64,000 nucleotides of DNA. Source: Caecitellus pseudoparvulus. Its lineage: Eukaryota; Protista; Bigyra: Bicosoecida. Position 1 is the first letter of the stretch, and every line of letters begins with the position of its first letter. A program made the translations under genes and the position numbers. The stretch is from assembly GCA_965644315.1 (NCBI GenBank), contig CBFFRQ010000065.1, positions 186,001 through 250,000 of the forward strand, given 5' to 3'. The notes under the pieces were generated by a model. The model was not told the DNA's origin and did no database searches. It saw only the letters and a program-made list of their open reading frames with translations. This document shows positions 38,774 through 48,982 of this stretch, piece after piece.

Positions 38774-38814
38774 AGGTGCATTGCCCCCTCCCCGGACCTG
38801 CCTGCGACCGCCCC

Positions 38815-40188
38815 TCACTTGTTGCGGAGAATCTTGAACATGCGCCGGCGCTTCTTCGGCTCGGGCTCCACCTGCAGCAGCTGGCGGCGGTGCAGGTTTG
38901 CGAAGCGCTCCTTCGCGGCGGCTGTGGCGGCTGTCGTGGCGCGCATGGTGCGGAGACCGCCAGTGATGTGCTCTGACAGCGCAACCTGAATGGGCAAATC
39001 TGAGTCGGGCCTGTGCAGGGGGGCCACAGGGGGGTGCAAAATACACCAGCACGCAACCACACACGCGGAACGTACACTGGTGCGCTGCCTTTGCGTCGCA
39101 CTGGGTTTGAGCGCCTCGCTGCCAGCAACTCTGCGCGGCGCTGTTTGCGGCGTGCTGCGTTCTTCCGCTCAACGCGCTGCGCATGCTTGTCCAGCCCCTG
39201 CAGCGTCTCCAGATGGTCCAAACTGCGCAACAGCTTGCGGTCAGCAGCATCAGCTGCCTGCTGAGCCCGCAGTGCCGCATGCCGTGCCCGCTTGTTCAGC
39301 TGGGCGCGGGTGAGTTTTGAGGCGGTGACAACGGTGGTTGCGCTGCCCGCTGCAGCAGGCTCCTCGCCGCCAGAGGGGTGCGACACGAGGAAATCGTCGT
39401 CATCCTCCTCCTCCCCGTCACTGCTTCCGTCTGACACCAGTCCATCTGACCCACGTGGCTCCATGGCATTGGCCACACGAACCTCGGCGGCTTCCAGCGC
39501 CATCTGCCGCGCCGTCTCCTCACCCAGCAGGTCCTGGTGGTCTTCGAAGGAGGGGTTGTAGCTCGCGCCCGGCGCAATGAGGGGCACTGCCGGGACGTCT
39601 GTGGGCAGGCCTGCCCGGCCCTCCTGCTGCATGCGCTGCTGCCGCTCGGCTGCGTTGGGCGCCAGGGGCAGGATGTCTTCTGCGTGGGAGGCAGAGGCGG
39701 CAGCCTCTGGCGCAGAGCCCCACAGGTCGTACACGCCGTGCTGAATGCGCTCAGGAGCCGCGATGCCGCCACCGCCCGCCCCGCTGGGAACTGCCGTGAC
39801 GCTCCGGCGCCGCTTCTTGCCTCGCGTCAATTGCCCCTTGGCTGCCCGCTCCCTGAGCTTTGCGTCTACCACTGACTTGTCCTCATACTCTGCCGGAGGC
39901 TGGTACAGCTGCACGGTGCCAGTCACGACGTCCAGCGCATCTCGACGCTGCTGCCCTGACGCTCCTGTGTTCCGGAGGCAGTGTCGCCGGTGGCCTGGCA
40001 CGTGCGGAAATCGATTGCGGAACATGCAGCTCACCAGTGTCCACCACAAACAGGTCCTCGTCCGCCACATGGGAAAGGCCGGTTTGCTTTGTCTGCTGCT
40101 CTTGCTGTGCGTGCAGCTCTGCTTCCAGCTGCTTCCTGCGAGCCTTGCGCTTGGCGCGGTTGCTCATCCTCGCTGCCTTCTTCGGCAT
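38815..40188 (-). CDS. NOP53: Ribosome biogenesis protein Nop53/GLTSCR2
   Basis: Basic N-terminus, DEDLFVVDT (AIM motif), YDLWG, GASYNPSFEDHQDLL, LSEHITGGLRTM, ERFANLHRRQLLQVEP; two introns. Confidence 0.88.
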
Positions 40189-41752
40189 GGTTCTCGGGGT
40201 CTGCTGCCACTTCCCTGAGCCCGGCCCTCTCCAAACGCCCGTTCAGGCCTTCACTGCAGCGAGAGGTGTGCATGAAACATGCCCAAGGCTTCACTTCACT
40301 TGTGGCAGATGTATTGTGCATGTGCTGGACGCTCGTGACGAACACGCCGCGCAGACCTACCGATGGACCGAGCGACTGGCCCGTTCCCCCACTCAGGGGA
40401 CCTCAAGAGTGTCCAGCCCCGCTCAACTGGGCGTCCGGCTGAAGGGGGCCTTCAGCCAGCTCTAGTCCCCCTCCCACCCCTCGGCGGCCGCAATAAACGA
40501 AGTCTTGTGTCCCACCGCAGCGCACTTTGTGACTGGAAACTGTCTTCCTGTGTCATCGCCTGTGAATCTGCGTGCAGTTGGGTGGAGCCCAGGAAATGGA
40601 CAGTTCACTACAGGGCGTCAAACCAAGTTTGAAGATCCCACGACTAGTGGGGGGGGGCTTGCAAGAGCATTGCACCTGAGCTGGGAATCCTGCCCCGCTT
40701 TTCACGCTAAGTTCCATCAGTGGCCCAAAAGCGCCCGATGCTGCTTGTACAGAATCGCTTGTGTCGGCGTGGCGACGTGTGGCAGTGAGGCCGCTTGCCT
40801 GGGTGCTCAGAGCTCTGCGTACGCAGTCCTGCTCAAGGAGCCAACGCATTTTGGGGTGGAAATAGAGTACAGACACACTTTGCGATGAAACCTTGCCAAA
40901 AACGCGCTTGTGGAAAGAAAATTCAAACAGAAGAGGCGCCCTCATTGCCCTTAGGCATCCAAGCGTTTGGACCATCCTTGAAACTTGTCTCGGCAAGCAG
41001 TGCCTCGGGCCTGAAAAGAATGCCCGCGAAGGACCGTGCCTCAAACTCACCTTTGTACTGGTAAGCTCACTTCAGCACCCGATCAGCTCCCCCATACATG
41101 ATGAAGCGTTACCTACTTCCCTCCACCGGACCTCGCAGCCTTCTTGGGACCGCTGGGAGGCGCTCCGCCCACTCGGACTCTCTTCTTGCCACGTACAGCC
41201 CGGCGCAAAGGGGCAGCTGTAGCCCCAGCAAGTGAGTACGCACACGCAGTGGGAGCAACTCGAGAGGAAACGAGCTGCCCAGCTAGCCCATTCGGGCTCT
41301 TGACGAGTGCCCGGCCCTGCTTCTGACAGTCTGTGCCTTACCAGTCGGAGCACCAGTGCCCTCTTCAAGGCGATTCCTCCGCCTTTCCATGCAGCGCAGG
41401 GCAGCATCCCGAAGCACATGCAGCTTGCTGAGACCCGTCTTTTGTCTCCGCTCGCCCACATTGGACGCTTTCGTGCTTTGACAGCCACACGCGTTGGGTA
41501 GATTAGGCGACAACGCCATTGAAACGCGCCAATGACGGCCCTGTCTCAAAGGGGGGTGGCAGATCACTCTGCCCCCAAAACACTTCCTTCCCCACTTTCA
41601 TACTCACTGTTCACACCCCAAAACCACCCCTTCACTGGGCACTGGTCTTGCTCCAGTGGAGTAGCGCGAGGCTGTCAGCTCCTGCGCAACCCTCCCCCCT
41701 GCGTTGCAACACGCGCCGCGCTTGCGCCTGAAGCCAGCGCCGCTTGCCAGAG

Positions 41753-43325
41753 ATGGGCAATCTTTGCTGCTTCACGAATAACAATGGACTATCCTGGGGA
41801 CGAGCATATGACCGGTCTGCTGGCTGTCGGGACGAAAACGGCGAAAGACTGGTAGGCCGACGATGGTGGCGTTTCAAATACCTGCGCAATCACCTTCCAC
41901 GCACTGCTGCTCGCCCTGCCCCGCCTGCAGCCAGATATTCTGAACAATGTTGCAGCTTGCTGGCAGCAGCTGAATGGCTCTCTCTTGATTTCTGCCTTTT
42001 TGCTCATGCTGGCCGGCTGGTCGGGTCAGTTGTGGGAGTTGGCCGTAGTCACCTCTGCCGAGGGTGCTGCCCTGCTCGTTCTTGCGGCGGCGATTGACTG
42101 GCTCAATTGGTTACTTGTGATCACCTCCGGTCAGCCTTTTACTTCCACTGTTTCTGTGTGGCTACGGCCAACAGAACCTGGCCGCATGTACAGTGCAGAA
42201 GGCAAGCCGCGCGGAAAAGCAAAGAAAGTCTTCTTTGACAAAATAAAGTTGAATGAAGAATCGTTGGGAAGGAGAATTCTATCCATCACGATGCTGCCCC
42301 CGGCATTGGACCTTCGCTGGACCTCTGCCCTGCGCTCTTACCTGCCGAGTTGGACTCCAACCCAAAGTCTAGCAGACGGGATCAGCATTTGCAGCTTCCA
42401 ACCCTCGATAGTTTATGTAGGCTCGCAAGCAGACGGTCAAGGTGATCAAGGTGGTCAAGGTGATCAAGGTGGTCAAGGCGATCAAGGTGATCCAAGTGGT
42501 CAAGGTGATCAAGGCGATCAAGGTGAGCATGACAAGCCAAGTTCAAAGAGCTGGGATTTGAGGCTTGCACGAAGGTTCCAGGCATGGACGGATGGCTGCG
42601 TTCTTTGGTGCTGCCAACGATCTCCATTGTCATGTTGTGTCAGGCTTGCATGCTGCCTGGGGCGTCCAGTGCCCTTTGAATTTCGAGGCAATGGCGACAC
42701 AGGTATGGCGCTCGATGAAGAAGACGGGCAAGAACCCCTCCGACAAGCACTGCTTGAAGCTCACCAGCGGCTGGTGCGCGCTCAGACGTTGTTTTCGGTA
42801 TCTGTGCGTCTTACTTTCCTCAGTTCTTTGGTGATCTTCTATGTGGGTGTGCAGAGTCTCTATGCCACAGCCTTCGAAGGCAAGAGCTCACCTCTGTCCA
42901 TCAATGTTCGGGTTCTTCAACTTTCCGTAGTCTTCTTGAGACTCCTAGCAAGCAACCTCCCACGCCTCATCCGCTGCTGCTACTGTTGTTATCAGTGCTG
43001 CTCCTTTTCTTCGTGCAATACGCTTTTTGGGAGCAAATGCTGCGTTGATACCTGCCAACGGTGCGGCGTGCGACTCGATCCGACTGACTCTGCTGAGCAG
43101 AGTGAAACCGCCACGACCGGGCAAGAACTACAAGCCTCAGGCCAAGCTGGTTCAGGCATCCGCAGAAGATCTGGCGCGCACGTGATTTCCACGCTTGATG
43201 CTGCTACAGGTGCTGCCAAAGGCAGCGGCGACCGCAAAGGGAGCCGTGTCCACCCGCTCGGGCGCACCCCTGCCCACACACCACAAGGGCAGCCACGAGC
43301 GAACAAGCCCGCCAAGACCGCATAA
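41753..43325 (+). CDS. Orphan membrane protein (~497 aa): MGNLCC N-terminus, ~4 hydrophobic segments, Cys clusters, G-X-Q repeat
   Basis: ATG 41753; phase-0 intron 41852-41930 (GTAGGC..CTGCAG) joins the 446-aa ORF frame. Additional upstream exons are not excluded. Confidence 0.6.
42441..42530 (+). repeat. 9-bp coding tandem repeat GGTG(A/G)TCAA x10, collagen-like (GDQ/GGQ)
   Basis: Directly visible; encodes GDQGGQGDQGGQGDQGDPSGQGDQGDQGEH. Confidence 0.95.
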
Positions 43326-43351
43326 TCACGAGAATGAATCCTTCGCCTCGG

Positions 43352-44731
43352 TCATTGAATTCCACAGCCCCGACCTCCTTGCGCCCTCTCACCGCTCCAC
43401 AGGCCAGCCCATGCGCTTGCCCGCTTCTCACTGACCGGCACAGCTTCCCAGTGCACATCAACCATGAGGAGGACACAGCTCGTGCAGACGACCATGAGGC
43501 GGGCATACTCTTCGCTAAAGTCAGGGGCACCAAGAGCAAGGTCGCCGTGTCCCTCCAGACCTGCTTCCTTGTCCAGGACTGTGCACATTTTTCTCCCAGC
43601 TGGCTTGAGATACAGCAGTGTGGAGCGATTAATGACTTTTCTCAAGTTGAATGGCGTCCACCTCAGCCACTCGATTACCTCTGGCAGACTCATCAGGCAC
43701 GTGAACATGCTGTCCGGGTCCAGAGCAGTGCCCCGCGGAAGAGTTGGAGGCAAGCGGACATGGTGAGTTGCGCTGACCACAAACTGCCTCTTGGACTGTG
43801 CCTTCATCACATGTAGCAGCACTCGCGACGGCCGGAGCTCGTACTCGCTCCGCTGGTGCACCACCCAGTTCAATGGCAGACGCTCCAGCAATAAGACAGA
43901 TCTTACAGCGAGCACCTCGGCGAGGTGGGCAGGCTTCAGACCCCCTTTCGCCGCGCCCATGAGCACGTCGAAGCACAGCACGTCAGACTTGTCCGAGTGC
44001 TGCACCACATCATCTGCAATGCACTCCACCGCACCTTGCCTCCACACAGGCCGGGGAAGTGGCCAGGCGCAGACGATGGGCAGACCTACAACCCAATCAA
44101 GGATGGCTCCCGCGTGGTCTTCCGCAAACTGAACCCCACCCCACGTGCTGTCAGGGCACTCGTCGGACAGGCACTCGCTGGCCCGTGTCATGACTTCGTT
44201 CAGTAGGTCCACCGCGACCCTCTGCAAGTTCTCGAGAACTGCGCATCCCTGGTCTCTTTCACGCACGTCAGAAGCAGAGACCAAGTGCTTGATGCCCATC
44301 GCCAGCTGCAGAAATGCATGGCAGCAGGCCAAGGCCAGCTGCACGTGCGTCACCGCTGGGTGGCAGTGTGGGACGAGGAGACTCCCTGTGGCGTCAGCGG
44401 CTACACCCAGCAGCTTCGCTTGCAGCGCAGCTGCCGCACCCTGCTCGGGGAGAACGACTGACGCGTCCCCCATGCTTGAGGGGTGACGTGGTGCGTCCAG
44501 CACACACACTGTTTCAGGAAGCGCGCATAGAATGTCGTGGCACACACGACCCGGCAGCTCCTTGACTCGAACCTCGCCCAGAATGCTCTCCAACTGATCG
44601 CGCCAGCTGCAAGGGACGTGCACAGGCGCCTGAACGCCTTCCAGGAGAATGTCTTCTGACGATGTCGAAGAATCCATGTACTCCTCGAGGAAGGGGTGTG
44701 ACTCCCCCTCATTTGCGCACTCGGCGGCCAT
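43352..44731 (-). CDS. Hypothetical protein (~459 aa)
   Basis: Long ORF from ATG 44731 with globular-like composition and an acidic N-terminus; no family recognised. Confidence 0.55.
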   Translation of the reverse strand: MAAECANEGESHPFLEEYMDSSTSSEDILLEGVQAPVHVPCSWRDQLESILGEVRVKELPGRVCHDILCALPETVCVLDAPRHPSSMGDASVVLPEQGAAAALQAKLLGVAADATGSLLVPHCHPAVTHVQLALACCHAFLQLAMGIKHLVSASDVRERDQGCAVLENLQRVAVDLLNEVMTRASECLSDECPDSTWGGVQFAEDHAGAILDWVVGLPIVCAWPLPRPVWRQGAVECIADDVVQHSDKSDVLCFDVLMGAAKGGLKPAHLAEVLAVRSVLLLERLPLNWVVHQRSEYELRPSRVLLHVMKAQSKRQFVVSATHHVRLPPTLPRGTALDPDSMFTCLMSLPEVIEWLRWTPFNLRKVINRSTLLYLKPAGRKMCTVLDKEAGLEGHGDLALGAPDFSEEYARLMVVCTSCVLLMVDVHWEAVPVSEKRASAWAGLWSGERAQGGRGCGIQ

Positions 44732-44974
44732 TGCAGAGGCTGCGTTGCGAGCCCAAATTCCGCAGCAGCACACGAAACGCGAGGCTGGCACAGAGCCTGG
44801 GTGGGACAGGCGGCCCTGACGAGTCTGCAGTGCGTCGTTTGGCGAGCGTGGCATGAGGCTTGCATTTGGTATGTGAGCGGGAGTGGCTTTTGCGTGCGGC
44901 AGTCAAGGCTGCCAGCCGTCTGGTGGCCTGCAGTGACGCAATGGAAGCACCTGGCAGGCGCGTCGCCTTCCCCT

Positions 44975-45499
44975 GCCACCTCATACGGCAAGCGGCTGTT
45001 CAACTCGCACTTCAGGGCGTCCCACACCTCCACAGTGCCTCCGTTGTTCCCCGTCACCAGGCGGCTGCCGTCTGGCCTGAAGGCCACGGCAAGTGCGTGA
45101 GCGCCGCCGAGGCACAGCTTACCAGCGGATGCCACAGCAGACTTGTCAGCCAGCTGGCGCAGGCGCGGAGCGACGCCTTGAAAGATGTCGCAGCGGTCGC
45201 CAGGCGGCGGCATCCCCACGTGCTGCTGCCACTTCACTGCCTGCCCCACCAGGCTGACCATCTGGGAAGGCAGGGCGGTAGAGACGCCCAGCGCCCCCGG
45301 GGGCCACGTTCTGATATCGTTCACCAGCCTGTGTCGTGGAGGCGTACACCTCTGACGGATCTGCCTCTCCCACGCTCAGCGAGGACTCCAGCGCCTGGTA
45401 CCGCTTGGGCTGCTGCTGCTGCTTCATGAGCTTGCCAGCCAGAGTGGGGCGCCTGGTGGCCAGAGGGTGGGGGGCATCTTCCGATGGGGTGTCTGGCAT
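44975..45499 (-). pseudogene. SMU1: Truncated, frameshifted SMU1 (spliceosomal WD40 protein) fragment
   Basis: LMKQQQQPKRYQALES..DPSEVY in one frame and LPSQMVSLVGQAVKWQQHVGMPPPG..DIFQG..FRPDGSRLVTG..GTVEVWD..LPY in another; both match consecutive SMU1 segments as recalled. Frame change lies near the C5G5 run at 45294-45303. LisH/CTLH and most WD40 repeats are absent. Confidence 0.7.
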
Positions 45500-45633
45500 C
45501 TCAGCGATAGGGTGCGGAAGTAACCTCCTGGACACCTCATGAGATGCGCGCCCCCACTTTCGCACACCCTCGTCGTACCCAGCAAGTCGTGCTTACGTGT
45601 CTCCTCGCTTGCAGACTCCCAGGTTTTGCCAAG

Positions 45634-47717
45634 ATGCTTGCGCGGGCTGCCACTGCTGCCAGCGCCGTGGCACGCTCCGCCGTGCGTGCGCCAGCGGGGC
45701 CGGCCATGCGTATGTGGGGAGGGCGGGCTGCTTCCACGGAAGCTACACCCAAGAAGAAGTCTCGTGTGCTCCCGAAGGATGAGCAGTCGTTTGTGCGCCG
45801 CATGTTCTATGGTGACGTCGTCGGCAAACAGGTGCGTGGAGGTGAAGTGCAGTGCAGGAGCATCCGAAATGCCCGCGGAGGGGCGTGTCACCCGAGCGTG
45901 CGGGAGATCCGCTCAGCAAGGTCGCGGAAGTTGCAGCATGTGCCCTTGTGTGCCCGTTTGCCCTCCCATGTTGCCACGTAGACGGCGGGCGCCATTCCTG
46001 GCAGTGCCTGTGCTGGACCGTCACAGGCCACGCTGCTCTGCTCGCTGCGCAGATCCTGCCATACCCTCAAGTACTGGATGAGGAGCAAACGGAGATGCTG
46101 AGCGGCATGGTGGACCCCGTGGAGAAGTTCTTTGCGGAGATTCCCAGCGCCCAGATCGACATCGACGGCAAGATCGACGACGGCACGATGCAGGGGTTGA
46201 AGGATCTGGGTCTGTTCGGACTGCAGATCCCCGAGGAGTTCAACGGGCTGGGCCTGAACAACACCTCCTACTCGCGCATCGTGGAGGAGATCGTCCTGGA
46301 CGCCTCCTGCGCCGTCACGCTCATGGCTCACCAGAGCATCGGCCTGAAGGGCATCATCATGGACGGCACGCCTGAGCAGAAGGCCAAGTATCTGCCCCGC
46401 CTGGCGACGGGGGAGCACCTGGCTGCCTTTGCGCTGACGGAGCCGGGCTCTGGCTCCGACGCCGCTTCCATCCAGACTCGCGCCACTCCGAGCGAGGACG
46501 GCAAGAGCTTCAAGCTGAACGGGGGCAAGATGTGGATCTCCAACGGCGGGCTGGCGCAGGTGTTCACAGTGTTCGCACGCACCGCCATGCCAGACGGCAC
46601 GGATAAGATCACCGCCTTCATTGTGGACAAGGACTTTGGCGGCGTCATCCCTGGCAAGCCGGAGACCAAGCTGGGCATCAAGGGCTCCAACACGGTGCAG
46701 CTGACGTTCGAGGACTGCGTGGTGCCGGCGGAGAACGTGCTGGGGGAGGTGGGCGGCGGCTTCAAGGTGGCCATGAAGATCCTGAACAACGGGCGCTTCG
46801 GCCTGGGCGCTGGCACTGGCGGCGCCATCAAGAAGCTCATCCGCGACGTGTCCACGTACGCCAACGAGCGCAAGCAGTTCGGCGCGCCGCTGGCCAGCTT
46901 TGGCATGATCCAGGAGAAGTTCACGAACATGGCCGTGCAAGCGTACGCCATCGAGAGCATGGTGTACGCCACCACCGCCTTGATCGACGGCCCCGGCCTG
47001 GACGCCAGCGTGGAGGCAGCCATCTGCAAGATCTACGGCAGCGAGGCCATGTTCGAGGCTGTGAACGAGGCCATCCAGGTGCTGGGCGGGTTGGGCTTTG
47101 CCTCCGGCGTGGGCGCCGCGCCGTACGAGCGGTACATGCGCGACAGCCGCATCCTGCTCATCTTCGAGGGCACCAACGAGATCCTGCGCATGTTCACGGC
47201 GCTGTCCTGCATCCAGGGCCCGGGGGAGGACCTGTCGGCAGTGGGCAAGGGGGGGCTGGGAGCCCAGGCCAGCTATGCGCTGAAGCGCCTGCAGCGCGAC
47301 TTGGGCATGGGGGAGGGCTTGGAGGGCGTGCACTCCTCCCTCAGCAGCGAGGCAGACTTCTTCAAGCGTGCCACTGGCAGCTTCGCCAACGCGGTGGACG
47401 ACCTGCTGATGAAGCACAAGAAGGATATCATCAACCAGCAGCGCCCCCTGAAGCGCGTCGCAGACATCGCCATCGACTTGTATGCCGTCGCCTGCTCCCT
47501 GTCCCGCTGCACCCGTGCGTTGGAGCGTGGTGACGCCACGGCCGAGCACCAGACCAAGCTGGTCAAGCTGCTGGTGGCCAAGGCCCGGGAACGCATCACG
47601 GCCAACCTGCTGAACATCCGCAACGACGGCGGCAAGCAGGACAAGCTGTGCGAGGACATTGCCACGGAGATCCTGCGGGAGGGCAAGTACCTGCCCCCTC
47701 ACCCGCTGGGTGTGTGA
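45634..47717 (+). CDS. ACAD9: Mitochondrial acyl-CoA dehydrogenase, ACAD9/VLCAD family
   Basis: Ala/Arg-rich transit peptide; AHQSIGLKGI, AFALTEPGSGSDAAS, LNGGKMWISNGG, ILNNGRFG, RDSRILLIFEGTNEILR; intron 45832-46052. Confidence 0.93.
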
Positions 47718-47950
47718 TGGGCGTGCACGCACACCACACGTGGCGCTGAGGCAGGGCGCTTCACAGTGGATGCAGCTGGCCATTCCAATGCATCACGCAT
47801 GGGTATGCGAGTTCAGAGTGTTCTTCTTTCATCGCACGCCTGCCTGCACGCTTCTTGGCCGCCTCCTGAGCCTGCGAGCTGTTTGGGCACAGTTGCCGAC
47901 GGCGTGGCCAGGAGGCACAGGTGTGGCTTGGCGGCCGACTCTTCGCCTGC

Positions 47951-48710
47951 ATGGCTGCGGCAGCGTCCTCCAGCCGATGGGGGCGGCTGCCTGGATCGCT
48001 CGGTCTACTGGGAGGCGCGACGGCAGTGCTGTGGACGTGCACGGCTCACGGTGAGGGCGGTCCACCCAGAAGCAGCGTGAAGTGCACTGCACCTGGCGCT
48101 CCCCCTTCCCTTTGCGACCCAGTGCCCAAGCACCACGTGGGCGTGCGCTACAACAGGCTCAGCGACGCGCCGGAGACAACGTGCAAGCCTGGCTTGTACT
48201 TCAAGTCGCCCTTTGAAGTCATTGTGCCCATGCCCGCCAAGATAGTCAAGCGCGAGTTCACACTCTGCAGCCGGAGCAGCGGTGCGTGACTGGCTGCACC
48301 GGCGACGCTGGCGCACAGGCCCTCATTTGACCTGCCTGTGCCTTTGCCCCAGACGGCGTGCCTCTGGAAGTGGACATTACAGTCTTCGCGTCCCCAAACA
48401 GGCAGTGCTTGCCAGAGCTGTGCAAGCGCTTTGGCGTGGGTGAGTCCCTAGCGGCAGCCCCGAGCACGCGCCACACCTGCACCCAACCTGCTTCCACACT
48501 GTTCCTGCAGGGTACATGGACGCGCTGCTGGGTGGCCTGGTGCCTGAGGCGCTGGATGAGGTGTCCGGCGAGCGGCATGCCAAAGAGGTCCTCCGCGGCC
48601 GCGACACGTTTCGGCAGAACCTGCACTCAGCCCTGTTCCACCGCGCAGCGCTGGCCCACCTGCATGTCGTGCGGACACTCGTAAGGGATGTTCGGCGGGG
48701 TGGCGTGTGA
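47951..48710 (+). CDS. Short SPFH/Band-7 (prohibitin-like) protein, 181 aa
   Basis: Spliced VPKHHVGVRYNRL..PGLYFKSPF..SSDGVPLEVDITV..LPELCKRFGVGY..EVLRGR; phase-1 introns 48051-48122, 48282-48352, 48440-48510. Confidence 0.75.
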
Positions 48711-48982
48711 CGGACCAAGCTGGCAGTGGGCGGTGGCGGCGTGCAATGCAGGTTACATGGCAGCCGCTTGTGGGGACACTTGCGGCCACTGCACAAAGCC
48801 CCCAGCCCCACCCAAACGTGCGCACCATTCGAGCCGCGGCATGCACCCCTCGTTGGCCGGCTGTTCCTTTCACTGTGCCTGTGGCTGCGCTGTTGGGGAG
48901 GAGGGGCCGAATCTCGTCGCCAGCCTGAAGCCGGCAAGGGCCCGCGCTCGCTGCCACCGCTGCGTCCTGAGCACCTGTAGCC

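Noticed and set aside
42441-42530. Short direct repeats (also 33833-34066) as a CRISPR-like array
   Set aside because: There are no unique spacers; these are in-frame coding microsatellites in a eukaryotic context.
40200-45520. Transposon or virophage/Polinton insertion
   Set aside because: No transposase, integrase, capsid, packaging ATPase or terminal inverted repeats were recognised; kept only as an atypical block.
13278-47717. Lipid-catabolism gene cluster (carnitine acyltransferase, endoglycoceramidase, ACAD9)
   Set aside because: The genes are dispersed among unrelated ones, with no evidence of functional clustering.
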